From Paramecium tetraurelia (taxonomy: Eukaryota), in the NCBI GenBank assembly GCA_000165425.1, contig CT868430.1, positions 62,001 to 126,000 of the forward strand: 64,000 bases of DNA, given 5' to 3'. Both the position numbers and the translations under genes were made by a program. The notes beneath the pieces are model-generated. The model searched no databases and had not been told where the DNA came from. It was given only the letters and a program-made list of their open reading frames with translations. Position 1 is the first letter of the stretch. Each line of letters begins with the position of its first letter. Positions 1-14,500 of this stretch are shown piece by piece.

Positions 1-537
1 ATATTTGATATAAATAAAATAAATTAAAGAATGTTTGAGAAATCAATTAAACATCATCAATAGCCATTATATCTAAAGACTAGGACAATATCATTATATA
101 TATATTATATAATCTGATTAGTATATTAAATATCAATTGTAAAACTTAAATTAACATAATATATTGAAATATCTAAAGAGAATATTGTTGACTATAACCT
201 TAATTTTATATGATTTAATAAAAATTGGTGATTTCACAAAATAAACAAAATGTTCACATACATATATTAATTATATATTTTGGAATATTTAATATGCAAA
301 AGTCTCCAATTAATTATATCACTCAAAACACTCAACTTAAGTTATTCCAATACTCTTTTTATTAAAATAAATTAAGTAGTTACTTTAAAATGTGATTGAT
401 TATACTTTCATTTGATGTCTAAATTGTCATTTTAATCATTACGAATTCTTATTTATTAAAAAGTTATCAATAGTATTTAGATTTTCGATGTCAATTATAA
501 AATTTATATTATAAAATATGTAAAATTAGTAATCCGA

Positions 538-1915
538 ATGCCAATATGTTACGAATAGGAATAAGTCATAATCTAATAAGGATCTCAATATACTATTTGT
601 AATTTATATAGTAAAATCAAGTTAACTCAATAAATATTGGAAAAATAACGATCAGGTTAAATATCAATGGATGACAATTTGTTGTTCTCGCATTTCTACT
701 AAAGACATCCATTTATTACTAGTCTCAACTAAAGTGCAGAAACAAATTTATTATCAGAATACATACCTTATATCAAATACGTTGAAATAGATTAAAATAC
801 TATTGTGATATAGAATGGAGAATACGGTGATCTATTTTATGGTTTGATATAAGGGAAAATCAATGTCAACGATTTATGCTTTGGTATTGAAGCCTTAAAT
901 TAAATGGCTTACGTTTAAGATGTGCAAACAGTTGAGAAATCAAAGTTTCTGATAATCAGTAGATAGAACTTTTAGGAAGCTTTACAGAAGGCAAAATTCA
1001 AGGAAAGAAACAATCTTATCGAATTTATGAAGGAATCCTAAATTTTTTAGAGGATGTCCAAAAGAACGATTGCATCGTTTATAAATTTATTTACTTTGGT
1101 GTATTTCCGAAAGAATCAGATAATTTATAGAGAGGGAGAGCAGGCGGATTATGTTTACATGATAAGAGTAATTGATAGTTACAATTTAGGAGGGAGAATT
1201 TGAGTTGAGTAAATAGTTCGATATTCAGAACAAACACAAATCAATGCCAATCAGTACGATAGGGAAGCCTGAACTATTCGGAGATTTGGATTGTTTGATG
1301 AACACGAGTAGACAATACACAGCGAGGTGTAAAGAGCAGGCTTATTGTTATAAGATTTCAAATTCAGTAATAATATGAATTAAGTAGAACTTTTATGCGA
1401 TTATTTAAAAGAATCCTCACTGCGGAATTGAGAATTACATAAATAACGTTATGAGAACTTAGACGTTGAGCAGACAGGAGAGGTTGTAGACAGCTTCATC
1501 AGTGTTGTCAGGAAATAGGAACTTGATATTTGGAGTGGAGGAGATAAAAAAGTCAAACAAGAAATTAGAGAATAAGTTTCATTATAACTCATCGCCAGGC
1601 AAAATAACTTAGAGATTCACTCCAATATATAGTAATTCCAATAGAAAAAAAATAAGAGTACGTTGTGCTACTTTGTATAATGAAGGCACCGTTGTGAGGT
1701 GCTAACAGAAACAGCACGGGTAAAGTGATCGCCAAGAGTAACTTATCAAATTGAAGGGATAATTGTTTGATGATATAGAGATACCGGATAGGATCAAAAG
1801 AAAATATTAGCAATAATTAAAAGAACTCAAAGATCAGACTATTAGAAGGTAATAATTGATCATAAGAACATAAAATAATTAATCAAGGATTATAGCATAA
1901 AGCATGATTTCATGA
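538..1915 (+). CDS. Cyclic-nucleotide-binding (two cNMP domains) protein
   Basis: Ciliate-code translation gives IVIQNGEYGDLFYGLIQGKINV and KNQIIYREGEQADYVYMIREGEFEL..ELFGDLDCLMNTSRQYTARC; two tiny introns (~1168-1189, 1367-1387); start codon uncertain. Confidence 0.8.
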
Positions 1916-2348
1916 GTGTTATTTGGTAATCATATATAGCTCTTCAATTTTATTAATATAATGATTGTGTTTATTTTAGATATCTTGTATTTGTTTATTG
2001 TATTTCTTGATATTGTCTAGCGAAGTATCTCCATAAAGTCTATTTTAAGTAATAATAGATTACATTTTTTATGTTTATAATTGGGATTTAGATAATTTGA
2101 AAAAGTTGTCCGATTTATCCTACGGCTTCTTATTTATTTGAGGCAATTTTAAGTAATAAGTGTCCTTATCTGGAGATTGTGGTTTTGTTTTCTTCTTATT
2201 TTTGCCCGATTACAAAGCTATATTGTTCAATCTCTAAATTGATGAATTATAATCATACTAGAAGTTCTGAAGATTTGGATATCTCAGGTAATTAAATCAA
2301 TCCTTTGTTTTGATGTATTGAGATTTTCCTTTCAGAAAGGCAAATCAT
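1910..2348 (-). CDS. Hypothetical protein (~130 aa)
   Basis: MICLSERKISIHQNKGLIQLPEISK...; ORF stays open after removing a 25-nt GTA..TAG intron; ends TCA TGA overlapping the neighbouring stop. Confidence 0.65.
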
Positions 2349-2454
2349 TAATAATTTAATATAATTAATGAAAGCCATCTAATTTGTTAAATGGCTTAGA
2401 CTTTTTAAATTAAATACAATTAAATTAATTTTAATTTTATTAATAATATGATAT

Positions 2455-3790
2455 TCAAGCACAAGTACCTGACCATGTTTTCCCTTACAATCTACATTAA
2501 ACCTTATTTTTATCTCCAACAACTCCTAATCCTGGTGATACAAAATAATTGACTCCTGTATTGGCCGGGGTAGATGTAATAGAAGATGAGACACAATATT
2601 TGGCACCTAAATTACAAGTGAAGGTGACTCCAGCTTCTTACAAAATATCAGTTTCCAAGGCAGTATTAACTGGAAATTTATATAATTTCAAATTGGCAGC
2701 AACCACACTCATTGATGTGTCAGTCCAAGACCATGTTATTGTTAATGGTTTGAATCCAGTATCAAAAGTGTTTTAGGCTGCAGCATAAACTGGGGGATTT
2801 CCAATCATTGGTCTTAAACAGACGACATCTGAGTAGGCATTTCTAATTCCGAAAATTTCAGGTGGAAATGAATACACCATCAAATATCCATTTGAAGTAT
2901 AAAGATACCCTGACCAGTCAATTTTGGTGGTGTGTTATTGTCCATTGATTGTTATTGAGTTTCTTGAATAAGGAATGATGGCAAAGTTGATGAAATAGTA
3001 ATTTGTTTAATAATAATTAGGTTGAAAGTTGACCATTCTAAATAAAGCAATGAGGGCAACCGACCATATCTTTTAGACTAAGTTATCTCTCATAGTGTTT
3101 TATGAAGTGGTTTGTAAAACAACGAAATCCTAAGATTGATTTATTCATATACTCTCAGCATTTATAATGATTAGTATACAGTTCTTTCTAAATAGAAAGG
3201 GTGTGAATCTGGCATAGTTTGTAATGCAGTTGCCAGAGTTTTATACTAGGTTAAGATGGCTCCTAATTGGGATTCGAAATTGGCAGCAGTGGGCAAACTT
3301 GTCAATGAGGGCATGATCAACCAAGGATTTACAGTGTACAATTGAAATATAGTTGCCGAATTTTAGGTGGTTAGAGATGTCAAGGTAGTTGTTCCATCAC
3401 TGGCCTTATCATAATAGCCATCTGAGGTTTTGGTATATCTTACAAATGCATAATTTAGTTTGCCTTCTGATTTATCACAGCAAACATTGTCATATTATAA
3501 ACTGAAGGTTTCCAAAGAATCACATAGAGTTGATGCACCTCCAGTTGCCAATCCAGAGCCCGTTCTACAGGCAGCTACTTCATCAATCATATAACATGGA
3601 AGTGTTTAACAACTTCTATTATGAGGAATTATGTTATAAATTACGATTCCCAATAACAATATCCAATTCCTGAAATTCCACTTGAAGTACAACTCCCAAT
3701 TGCCAAACCTGAACAAGGTGTTTCTCCAATATACGTATAAGCAACAGATGATGTAATCTAATTTACTATTAATAAAATAGCAAATATCAT
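2455..3790 (-). CDS. Secreted Cys-rich protein of unknown function (paralog B)
   Basis: Signal-peptide-like MIFAILLIVNQITSSVA, N-terminal Cys cluster, introns 3616-3644 and 3130-3152, ends GTCA-TGA. Confidence 0.85.
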
Positions 3791-3844
3791 ATTTATATTA
3801 TTAGAATATTAAATAAGATTGTGTCTAATGTATATATAATTTCC

Positions 3845-5053
3845 TCAAACACATTTTGCTAGTCTATAATATGGTTAATTCGATGATGAAATGGCAGTGC
3901 AGTCCTTAATTGTATCATGATGAAATATCATTAATTAATCTAATGATGCGCCTGGAACTGGAAAAGTTGGACAGGTTGTGATTGTGGTAATATCATATAC
4001 ACAAGTTACAGGAACTACTGTGTTTACTCCTGGGGCATAGGCAGTTGAAAATAGTTTGTTAAATGTCTAATAGTAGACAGCTGTATACTGTGTTGCTGTA
4101 TTAACCCAGGTGTATTTTATACTTACAGGAACATCGGCTATCAGTTGGGCTGTACCATCATCTTTAACTATCTTGATCCAAATCAAGTCAGACAATTGTT
4201 TTACACTAATAATACCAAATTATTCTGGAGCCAGTGTCATCACATAGATGTAACCATTGTAGGCATATGTCGACCATGTGAGTTCGATTTCATATTTATT
4301 TGTAGTTATCACAAGTTTTTATCTATTTAAATCTGAAAACCCAAAATTTATAAAGTCGTAGTTTTGAACATAATATGCTTTATAGTTTTAATATCTTTAA
4401 AATAGGATGTTCACTAAATCCCATGCCTTAGAAAGTTAAGCAGATCTAGTAGCCAAAGTATAGGTCACGTCATCCTAAATTTATAAATATAATTTTACTC
4501 TAATGTTCTAGAAGGTCTCTATTACAGCTTTTTCCAAAAACTTTGGTTGGACTGCATCTGTAATCAATTAATTAATCCCATGGTTGAATGCATCTAAAAT
4601 AGCAGACAGTTAAGTAGGGGATGCTAAAAGAATATCTAATGTGAATAATTAATAGGAGTATTTTTATGGAGTAGTTGTAGTTGTCAATACGGAAACAGGA
4701 GTCTCTGACAATGTGATATCTGGAGATCTGGTTATGTTTGCTTATCTTCTAAATCTTAATAGTCCATTTGGAACACTGGTTTCTCCTGTTTTCACACATA
4801 CATTTTCATATTTATAGTCTATGTTCAAAGGTATACATCCAGATATTGCATTTTATATGCAAGTCTAAACTTCACTCACTCTATAACAATCTGTAATGGT
4901 TTAGCAAGTGATTGGAGTGCCATAAGCACTTACTTCACAATTCCCTGCCATCTTGCAAAGAGTTGCATTAGAAATTGTGTTGCAAGTCTAGAGAGTGAAG
5001 GCTGCATTTATTATTTCGACAAAGGACAAACTTAATAAAATGAATTGCATCAT
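3845..5053 (-). CDS. Secreted Cys-rich protein of unknown function (paralog A)
   Basis: Signal-peptide-like MMQFILLSLSFVEIINA, N-terminal Cys cluster, intron 4475-4498, ends AKCV-TGA. Confidence 0.85.
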
Positions 5054-5835
5054 CTATATTTAGATAAATTATATTTATATAAATTATCGTTTCTGCTATT
5101 GCTAAAATATATTTTAGTAGACACAAAATAAGTATAATTATGTATCTTACCTCAGTGGATGAATTACAAATAAAATTTATATTTTTAAATCAATTAATAA
5201 TAATTCAAATAATGTAGATAATGAATAGCTTCTATGACTATTATCTAAATCAATTATTTAATTTTGGTCTATTAAAATAAACTCGAAAGACAAAAAAATA
5301 TCTTGATTTGATATTCCATTTTATTTAATTTTTCTAATTCTATTCTAGCTATATTTATATATCGATATGTTATAGAAAACTCTTTTAATGTTTACAATTA
5401 CAATTTCCAATTTCCTAAATTTTATTGTATTCCTATATAAATTTTAATATTCGAGGCCTTCATATAAATTCTATTTTGACATCAAAATTTGACTATCTTT
5501 ATAATTAATTTCCTAAAGTTAATAGTTTAGAAGAACAATTACGACCAATTATGAATTTTAATTTTATTTAAAAGTATAAATATATTGTAAATTTAGATTT
5601 TCATTGAGAATCCAAAAATAGCTTGAAGACCAAAGTTAATCTAATCAATAAACAATTCTCCAGTTCTTAAATAATAAATATGGCTTTATGTTATGTTATT
5701 ATTATTAAATATTTTCATATTATTCTCTCATTAAATATTGATTTTATTGTCATTAGTTTAATGTTCTAATTCTTATTTCCATTTGAATATTCCATATTGT
5801 TATTTAAATATTTATTAATTTTATATTTATTTGAA

Positions 5836-8800
5836 ATGAATCCTCAAAAATCCTTACTTATCTAATCTATCATCCTCATTTAACATTTAATTCAGAATGC
5901 TGAAGCTAATATAGATTAAAATTCCTGTAAAGATGTTATTTTAAGAAAAAATGAATTCTATTGTGAAATCGACAATGTTAATTCCTTTTTTACAATTAAA
6001 AATACTGATAATTTAACGAACACAGATACCTATTAGGTTGAACAAGATTTAATTTAAGTTTAAAGTGCACCCTAATTAATTTCAAAGGATGAAATATTCC
6101 TTATGATAAAATTCCGAGAACTTACGGATCAAAATGAGCTTTGTTCTTTAATATACAACACTCAACTAAAGACTTATTCAATAAATTGTATTTCAACCTA
6201 ACCAACTTATATTATTGATAATAAGTTTTAGTTTAACGTTAATACAAAATTTAGTTTAGAAATATAAAAAACATAAAACTTTAACTGTTCTTAATTCGAT
6301 TATTATTAGGAAGGTTTTATTATATTTTGCTATTCCTTTCATTAAATTAAACTTTTTTCACTATAAAAAGAATAGAATATCATACAACAAACTAATATAT
6401 TTGAATCAGAAAATCAGAATTTATAATGTCTTTTACAATTTTACTTATTTCAAAACACTTTTTATATAGTTTATATATAATGTTTAGATTGGAGAATATA
6501 AATTTATGAAAATAATGCTTTGAAATAAGAGATTGATCGAAATTTTTTAAAAGAGAAACATAACATTGAGGGAAATCTACTAGACTTTAAATAATGCTAA
6601 ACTTGTTTTATTGTACTACTTTCATCAGGTGGATATATATTTAAATATGAAACAGTAGAGATACTGTTTGTTAAAGAAGATCTAAAAATTAATTAAACCC
6701 TAATTATGTTTGATCAACATTGTAATCCAAAAATGATAGTAAAGGATTTACCCGACAATAAGTATATATTTTCCTTCCCCAAAAAGTATCAAAACTTAAC
6801 CTTTAATACAAAAGATTTACCTACCAATATCATTTAAATTTAGTCTCCCCCAAGCTTATTCATATTGTATGGAGATTATTTCACTCTTTATGTAAATAAT
6901 ATCCTTCAATAAACTATAAAAAGAAAAATTTAGAATTTGTTGCAACATTCTAATTAAAAAATATTTATTGGAATAGAAGAAGGGAATTAAATAATATTTT
7001 TATTTATTAAAAGTTATATTCCATGTTTACCATTTAAAAATGAAAATTACTAATAGTCTGAATACTACTATTAATTTGAATAAATTAATAAAATCCATGC
7101 AATAGACACTTCATATTTGAATTGTTATAAAACCATTATAATCGATGATGAGAATTATGAAAAGAAATAGGAAAATGCTATTTAGATTAATTTAAAAGAA
7201 ACCTATATTTATGCTGAAAGAACTAATTATGAAGAATAGTTTGAGATATTCCTTAGCAGATCATTAATTTTTTCAATTAAACCTTATAGATTAACTTTAT
7301 CTTCCTCATTAGATAACATAAAATTTAAATTAAGGAGCAATGAAGCAAACTGCTAATTTAATCATTATTTAAAAAATTATTAAGGAAAATTTATTATTAG
7401 AACTGATAATCAATAGATTTACTCTATAATTCTATAAGGTTCTGAAGATAATCTTGTTGAATATAACTGTTAGGAAAAAACTATCCGTAGGTATTAAAAT
7501 GTATCACCTTTGGATGAATAAATAATACTTAGAGATGAAGATTAAATAGCTCTTTTCTTCTTAGATTAATCAAAACATTGTCTTTATAAAACTATTTTAG
7601 AGAATCGCAATTTAGATGAGATGCCTATGAAGATTATTTGTTTAGACACGTAAATTGAAAGAGTAATCAATTTAAACTACATTTTATTAAAAGTGAAGGA
7701 TTAAAATGTATTCTACAATTTACAATTTGTTGCAAATGAGATACATTTAATCAAAGTCTTTCTACCTCAATAAATCACTTAAAAATTTTAAGACATTTAT
7801 CTCATAAGGGATGATTATTTTCTAATCGTATACAGTAACGAACTGCATGTATTATTCAAGGAAACAATTACATAAAGTATATATTTTATATATATTAAGG
7901 AATAAATATTAATTGTAAAATTTTAGGAATTTTTTCTAGAATTAAAAGTCTTTACCTTGTAAATGTAATTTTATTAGATATCATTAAAAATGAATTGCAA
8001 TTTTATGAATTGTAATAATTTGAGTTTCGTTTAACTAAAAGTTATAATTTAGAGTTATATGTCCCTATTTAACCTTTTGAATTTAAAAGTACAAAGCTTT
8101 TGTTAATTATTTCTTGCTAACATAAAATTAATAAGAAATTATATCTATTAATATTCAACCCTGTAGCTCAACTATCTTTTCATTTACTGTAATAAGTTAT
8201 TGAAATAAAAAATCAGTATTTTTGGTTTTCTAATCGCTATTTATTTTATTTTGATGTCAAAAACCAATTGACTATTGAAGATGTGGATTATTTAGTTATT
8301 GAAATAGAGAATGAATAGTTTACAGATAAAATTAGCTAGGATGTAATACTGTAGTTGTAAGCGGAATTAGAGGACAGTGAAATTCCTCCAGTGAAGTAGG
8401 ATATTGCTATAACAATGCTAAATCCAAGTATAATGAAGCTAATCAATAAAAGCTCTCATATATTTATCGAAGATACAAATTAAGAGATAAATTTTAGAAA
8501 TAATGTTTTAGGAAGAATAGATAATATATTTTTGAATAATAATGAAAATTTTAAATTAAGAAATCCCCTTGAAGTTGAAATCCTTATGCAGTGTTCATAT
8601 TGTTACAATAAGTTTTGTTTTTAAGAAACTAATTCTGGAAATGTGACATTCTTTAAAGTTGGATAATCCAAGAACTATTATTCAGCCTATGATTTGGAGC
8701 ATTTAATTTAAAATCTAGTATTCATAGAAGTGATAGGTGAGAACTAATTCTTATTTATTCATTAAAAAGATCAACTATTTTTTTCAATTTCATTAATGAT

Positions 8801-9914
8801 ACTAAAAGATCAAATCTTTTAGGTTTAAAAATAGATTGACTTTATTTTCACCAATATGTTATATGGCATAAGATTAGTGTAAAATATTTTGCTTATTTCA
8901 AATTATTATTTAGAGTATAGATTCTTGATTGATTAAAATGACATAAACCCATTAAACTTTTCTATTTTGAATTAGGGCAGTTTAATTGAGAATATCGATT
9001 CTGAAACATATTTAGAAGCAATGGTAAATGGAATGGAACAAATTATGCTATTTAGATTATTTAAAATTATTAATGCGTCGGTCTAAATCCTTTAAGTATT
9101 TGCAGTATCTATTTCGAATTATTAAATTAAAGATTTAATTTATGGATAAGCACCTAATTAATCATCAAATTACTTAAGATTACTAAAATAGAAATTAAAT
9201 TTTGACAACTAATAACTTGATTTAAGTATATTTTTTATCGGCGTGAAAAAAATTGCTTTGTTATTTTAGATTAATCTTTAACTAAGGGAATAGAAATATG
9301 AAATAAATATTAGAAAGATTTTAAGGTATCCTGAAAGTGTTTAAAATTGCAAATTTATTTTGATAGATTACGAGGAAATGATCCTTTAGTGTGACATTAC
9401 AAATTATTATTATGACATGAAAACTACTGAGTATCTCTAAGATCCTATTTATTCAACAAAAATCCTTTAACAAGTTGAGATACTTAATAGTACACATTTT
9501 TTGTTTTACAATTTTTTTTAACACAATCAATCTGTTGTATTATCTGCTGGGTAAAGAGGAGGATATGTATTATAAAAATTATCTTAAAATATTACATTTC
9601 CGACCACTCTTGAATTTAAAGTTATTAGAACTAATTAAAGTTACGCAGGTAAATTATATCTAAATTATTACTTAGTTGAAAATGATTACTTGACTTCAGA
9701 GACATTTTACCTTTAAGTTAATCAATAAGAAATTTTATAAAATAAACTTTCTTAATTAAGTTTCTTTATCTTCCTTTTGATAGTCTTAATGCTTTTGGCT
9801 GCTATTATCTTTTATTATAAAAAAAAATAAACTCAAAAAAATGAGTTGGGGAGAGAAGTCTATAAAGAAATTTCGTTATCTACGATTAAATTGGAAAATT
9901 CATAAAAAATTTGA
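5836..9914 (+). CDS. Large type I membrane protein (~1350 aa), unknown function
   Basis: Long TGA-free ORF with one intron (~7877-7899); hydrophobic N-terminus; C-terminal TM FFIFLLIVLMLLAAIIFYY followed by KKK. Confidence 0.8.
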
Positions 9915-10172
9915 GTTATTAATAATTATATTCTACAATGAATTTTATCATAATACTCTACTACTTCAACCAAAGTTTAAAATAATAAAGATACTTCATG
10001 TAATTTTTTATAATTGAATATCTTCCAAATAAAAACAACTTCATTTTCTTATTTTTATAATAAATGATTTTAAATATTTAACAATAAGTAAAGAAGTATG
10101 AATAACATTGAAAATTAAATTACTTTTAATTTTAAATTATTATAGTTTATTAATCAATAATATAATTAATTC

Positions 10173-11332
10173 ATGAAAATTTACAGCAAATTTTGCACGA
10201 TACTAAAATCGACAGCTAGTTTTAATGAGAGACACTTTGTTGATAAGATGAAAATAAAAGTGAAAGCTGGTGATGGTGGTAAAGGATGTGTGTGCTATTA
10301 TAGGTGAGTTCTAAATTTATGAAATAGAGATCGTATTGTAGTTACAGGTGCCCCCGATGGAGGAGATGGAGGAAAAGGAGGAGATATATATTTGAAGGCT
10401 TCCGAATAAATATATGATCTAAGTATTATAAGAAAGCCACATTTATTTGGGATTAATGGAAAATAAGGAATGAAATTGAAATGCAATGGGAAAACAGGTT
10501 CAGATATAAAAGTTAATGTTCCTTTGGGAACCTTGGTTTATGAGTTAAAATCAGATGATACAAAAGAATTGATAGCTGATCTTGATGAACAAAATAAGGA
10601 GTGCTTGGTTGCAAAAGGTGGTGCTGGAGGAAAGGGAAATGCAAGAAATATAGGGATTAGAGAAGTGCAATTGGGATAATAAGGACAGGAAAAGGACATA
10701 TTTTTAGAAGTGAAGACTCTAGCAGACATAGGATTGGTAGGATTTCCCAATGCAGGAAAATCAACATTTTTAGCTGCAGCCTCAAGAGCTTTGCCTAAGA
10801 TTGCTGATTACCCATTTACAACATTGAATCCTATGGTGGGGAAGGTGAGATTTGTAGATAATATGGAAATGACCATAGCAGACATTCCAGGGTTAATAGA
10901 AGAAGCCCATAATGATAAGGGATTAGGGCATGAATTTTTGAGACACATTGAAAGATGCCGAGTATTTAATACATGAATATATCTTAGTTATTACTATATG
11001 TATTAGATGGTTAAGCAGGAAATATAGAGGAGCAATTACAAATACTAAAGAGTGAAATTAAAGAGTATAATGAGAAGATTTTAGAAAAGCCTTATCTAGT
11101 TTGTGTTAATAAGGCTGATCTGATAAAATAAGAATTTGATTACATGATGATAAGTGCTAAGCACGGATAGAATGTTGGTTAATTATTGTTGAAATGTAAA
11201 TATTAAATTGAGAAGATCAGAAATGAAATGTTAATGAACAAGCAGAAGGATAGAGAGAATGAGAAAAGTTATTAATTAAAGAGATAATAATTAGAAAAGG
11301 AATTGTTTGGGTCAACAGGGAGATCTAATTGA
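10173..11332 (+). CDS. Obg-family GTPase, probably mitochondrial (MTG2/GTPBP5-like)
   Basis: [76 protein letters not shown]; two introns. Confidence 0.93.
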
Positions 11333-11572
11333 AATTTGTTTATAAACAATATTAAATTTGATTTTCTTATTAAAAATAAGGGGTTTTCAGTATTTATATG
11401 TGTAATCTTTTTCTTCACTTATATGTTGATAAATTAAGAATTTAGACAAACAAAATAAAATGACTTAGTGATCTAATTAGTAATCCTAGTCTTATAATTT
11501 TGAATAGTATTAATAAGTTCTTATATTTGTGAAATAAAAATATATTAATTAATATTTCTAAAAAGATAACCG

Positions 11573-14500
11573 ATGAATGTTTAGTAAGAAATGGGTTAAC
11601 ATATTTAGTGATTGCATAGCGTTTACTGGAGACAAATGGGAGTTGCTAGAATAAGACACAATTGGCTTTTTGGCTGGAAGTAATCAAATAAATAAGATTG
11701 TTTAGATACTTTATGTAAGTGGAATCTAGAAAACAACAGCAAGACCTTTGTGCATTCTTAGAGATAGGGATTCTAATGTTTTACAGTTCATTACAGGAAA
11801 AACATATTGGTTGTAGCAGAATATGGACTTAACCCATTAGTTCATGTTTATGATAATGAAAATGAATATGACTTGGTTGGAGTGAGTCCATTGGAAATAC
11901 TCTAAATGGAAGTATCAAATTGTGGACGATATTTGTTGGTGATTTTGGGAGTGCCAAAATTTGAAATCTGTTTATGGGATCTAAAAGAGAAGTGCAGAGT
12001 CAAAGGAAAGTTTAGTTAATTACCCTTGAAGTTGAATTTCATAGAGGCCAAATTCACAATCTTAGGTGAGCGAATTCTAATTCGATATGCAAATGAATTG
12101 CAATTATATTAAATTACACCACATTATGATAATCAAATTCAGAAATAAGTCTAATTAGAATTGGTGACATCAATTGAATTATCAGCTCCAACAATTATGG
12201 TCTAGGATTACAATCTAATTGATGATTCAAAATCACAATTCGAATAAAATAACATCTATTTAATCTAAGGAAACGTATTGATTTATTTAGATGGAACAAA
12301 TTTGAATGAAATTGTAAGACACGAATGCCATTCAGAAATAAAGCACTTAATACCAACGTAAGTCCATTTGATTGTTGTATATGTTAATTCAAAAATTGAA
12401 TGGTTGTACAAATATATAACCAATAACTTGGAAGATAAAGTGGCTGTACCATTTAAAGTGAATAAGAAATATAATTTACATGATCACAGAGAAGTTAAAA
12501 AAATAATGTACAATCAATAATGCACTAAACTGATTTGCTCATAAGACAACGCTACTCTCTTTATAATCCCTATTCCTGCAGAAGGCTTTTTGGGAGAAGA
12601 TGAAGCCTAAGTTGATTAACAAGAAGAGGATAAAGTCATAGACTTGACTCATGAAATTGAACCAGTTAAGTTAGGTCCATTTTAAAAAGGAGTCATAACA
12701 TTTATCAGAGAATACAAATAGCTTAATGTGATTGTATGTGGATCAGACTAAGGAGTCGTTTTATTTATGGATGTGATAACAAGTAAAAGATATTTTAAAT
12801 TTTAGAATTACCTTTGAGGAGCTTTAATATTGAAGGCAAAATAATTTCTGGAGAATTGATAGAACCAAACTTAATAATAGGTACATCAGCAGGAGTATTA
12901 AGATTTTATAATGTTGCTGACATTCGTTAGCCAGTACTCTTCAAGATGATAAAACTTTATATTGATAAAGCTATATCGAGTATTAGTATTAATGACAACA
13001 ATTTGGCTGTTTGCAGCAGTGATTCACCAACAGTATTTTTCTTTTAAAATGAAAATTTGATTGGTTTTGTAGATCTCCCATTTAATTGTCAAGCAATTGC
13101 TTATGGAAAAGGTTAGTTATTTTGTATATGCTCATTTTTATTGTTGAGCTTACCTCAACCAAAATAATAATAGTCTTTGAAATTGGAAGTGCAAATAATG
13201 GGAAGAAAGATAGACCCAGATTAGACACTCCTGATAGTTACACCTTAATAAGAGGTAATAACAACAGGAAAGGATAAGATCTTTAAGAAATATAAGTTTC
13301 CTGAAGAATTATTATCGAAAATGGATTTAAAAATGAGAGTTGCAAATTAACCTCCAGTAGATGAATAGGATGGCCATCAATTACCGGCTACATGCTTGGC
13401 GATTAAAGACTTTCTATACTCTTCCGCAAAGGATGGCACAATAATGTTTAGAAGTTATCAACAATTAAATTAAGATGTCAGATTATTGAGAGGACATAAT
13501 TTGAAATCTGGTGGTGTCTCTACTATATATGTATCATAGAAGTATAAGATGATATATTCTGGTGGTTTTGAAGGAGATATATTCTGGTGGACAGGAGAAA
13601 AGATTAGAGGAGATTCAGATGCTGCTTAATTGATGAAGAATAATTACAATGCTCCTATAGAAATTTTGGATATGCCCGATTAGGAAGTCAGATATTACTA
13701 ATAAGTTTTGGAGAGTGAATTTCTTGAATAGTAGGCTCCTATTAGAGAATAACAAAAGAAATAAACAAAAGATCTACTGAAATAAATTCAAACTAAATTA
13801 AATGCACTTTTACAAGAAAATGCTGAGGCTGATGAATTAGAAAGATTATAAAGAGATGAATTTGTTATTGATTTATATGCTCGAGATGCTATTCTAGAGG
13901 ATGGCAAGAAATAATAATAGGCATTAAGAGATTTAGTCAAGAAAGAAAATGTTAAGCAAGAGATTCTCTATTAGTTGATTAAAGAGAGAACTTGGGATTA
14001 AATTGAAATTCCTATGAAAGGCGTTAATGGGTTGATTTAACATATCATTGTTACCAATTATCATATTAGAGTTAGATAATCTGAAGAAATGAGAAAATTA
14101 AAATTAATTAGAGAATTAAGAAAATAAGAAATTAGAGAACTCAAAATTAGAAAATAATAAGCAAATTAAAGAAGCATGGAGTATTGAAGAACATATTCAA
14201 GATCCAAAATATATAATCAATTCTAAACCTGGTGCTTAGACAATGGTCTTAAATGATTACGAAAAGAAGGAGGAAGTGGCTCCTACTAAGGTTGCTGCTA
14301 AGCCGGGTGTTGGAGGTGTTTAATAAAAGTAACCACCTGGAAGAGCACAGGCAGGTGCAGCTAGTATCAAATAAAGATAATAATAATAATAATAACAATA
14401 ATAATAAGAGGAGGAGAAGAGATAGGAGGAGGAAAAATAGAAAGAATTGGAGAAATAATAATAATAGTAAAAGGTCACTGAAGAGAAGAAGGAGGGAAGT

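Noticed and set aside
14372..14470. (TAA)n microsatellite-like runs (also ~62560-62720)
   Set aside because: They encode poly-Gln inside CFAP43 and the HECT ligase, not non-coding repeats
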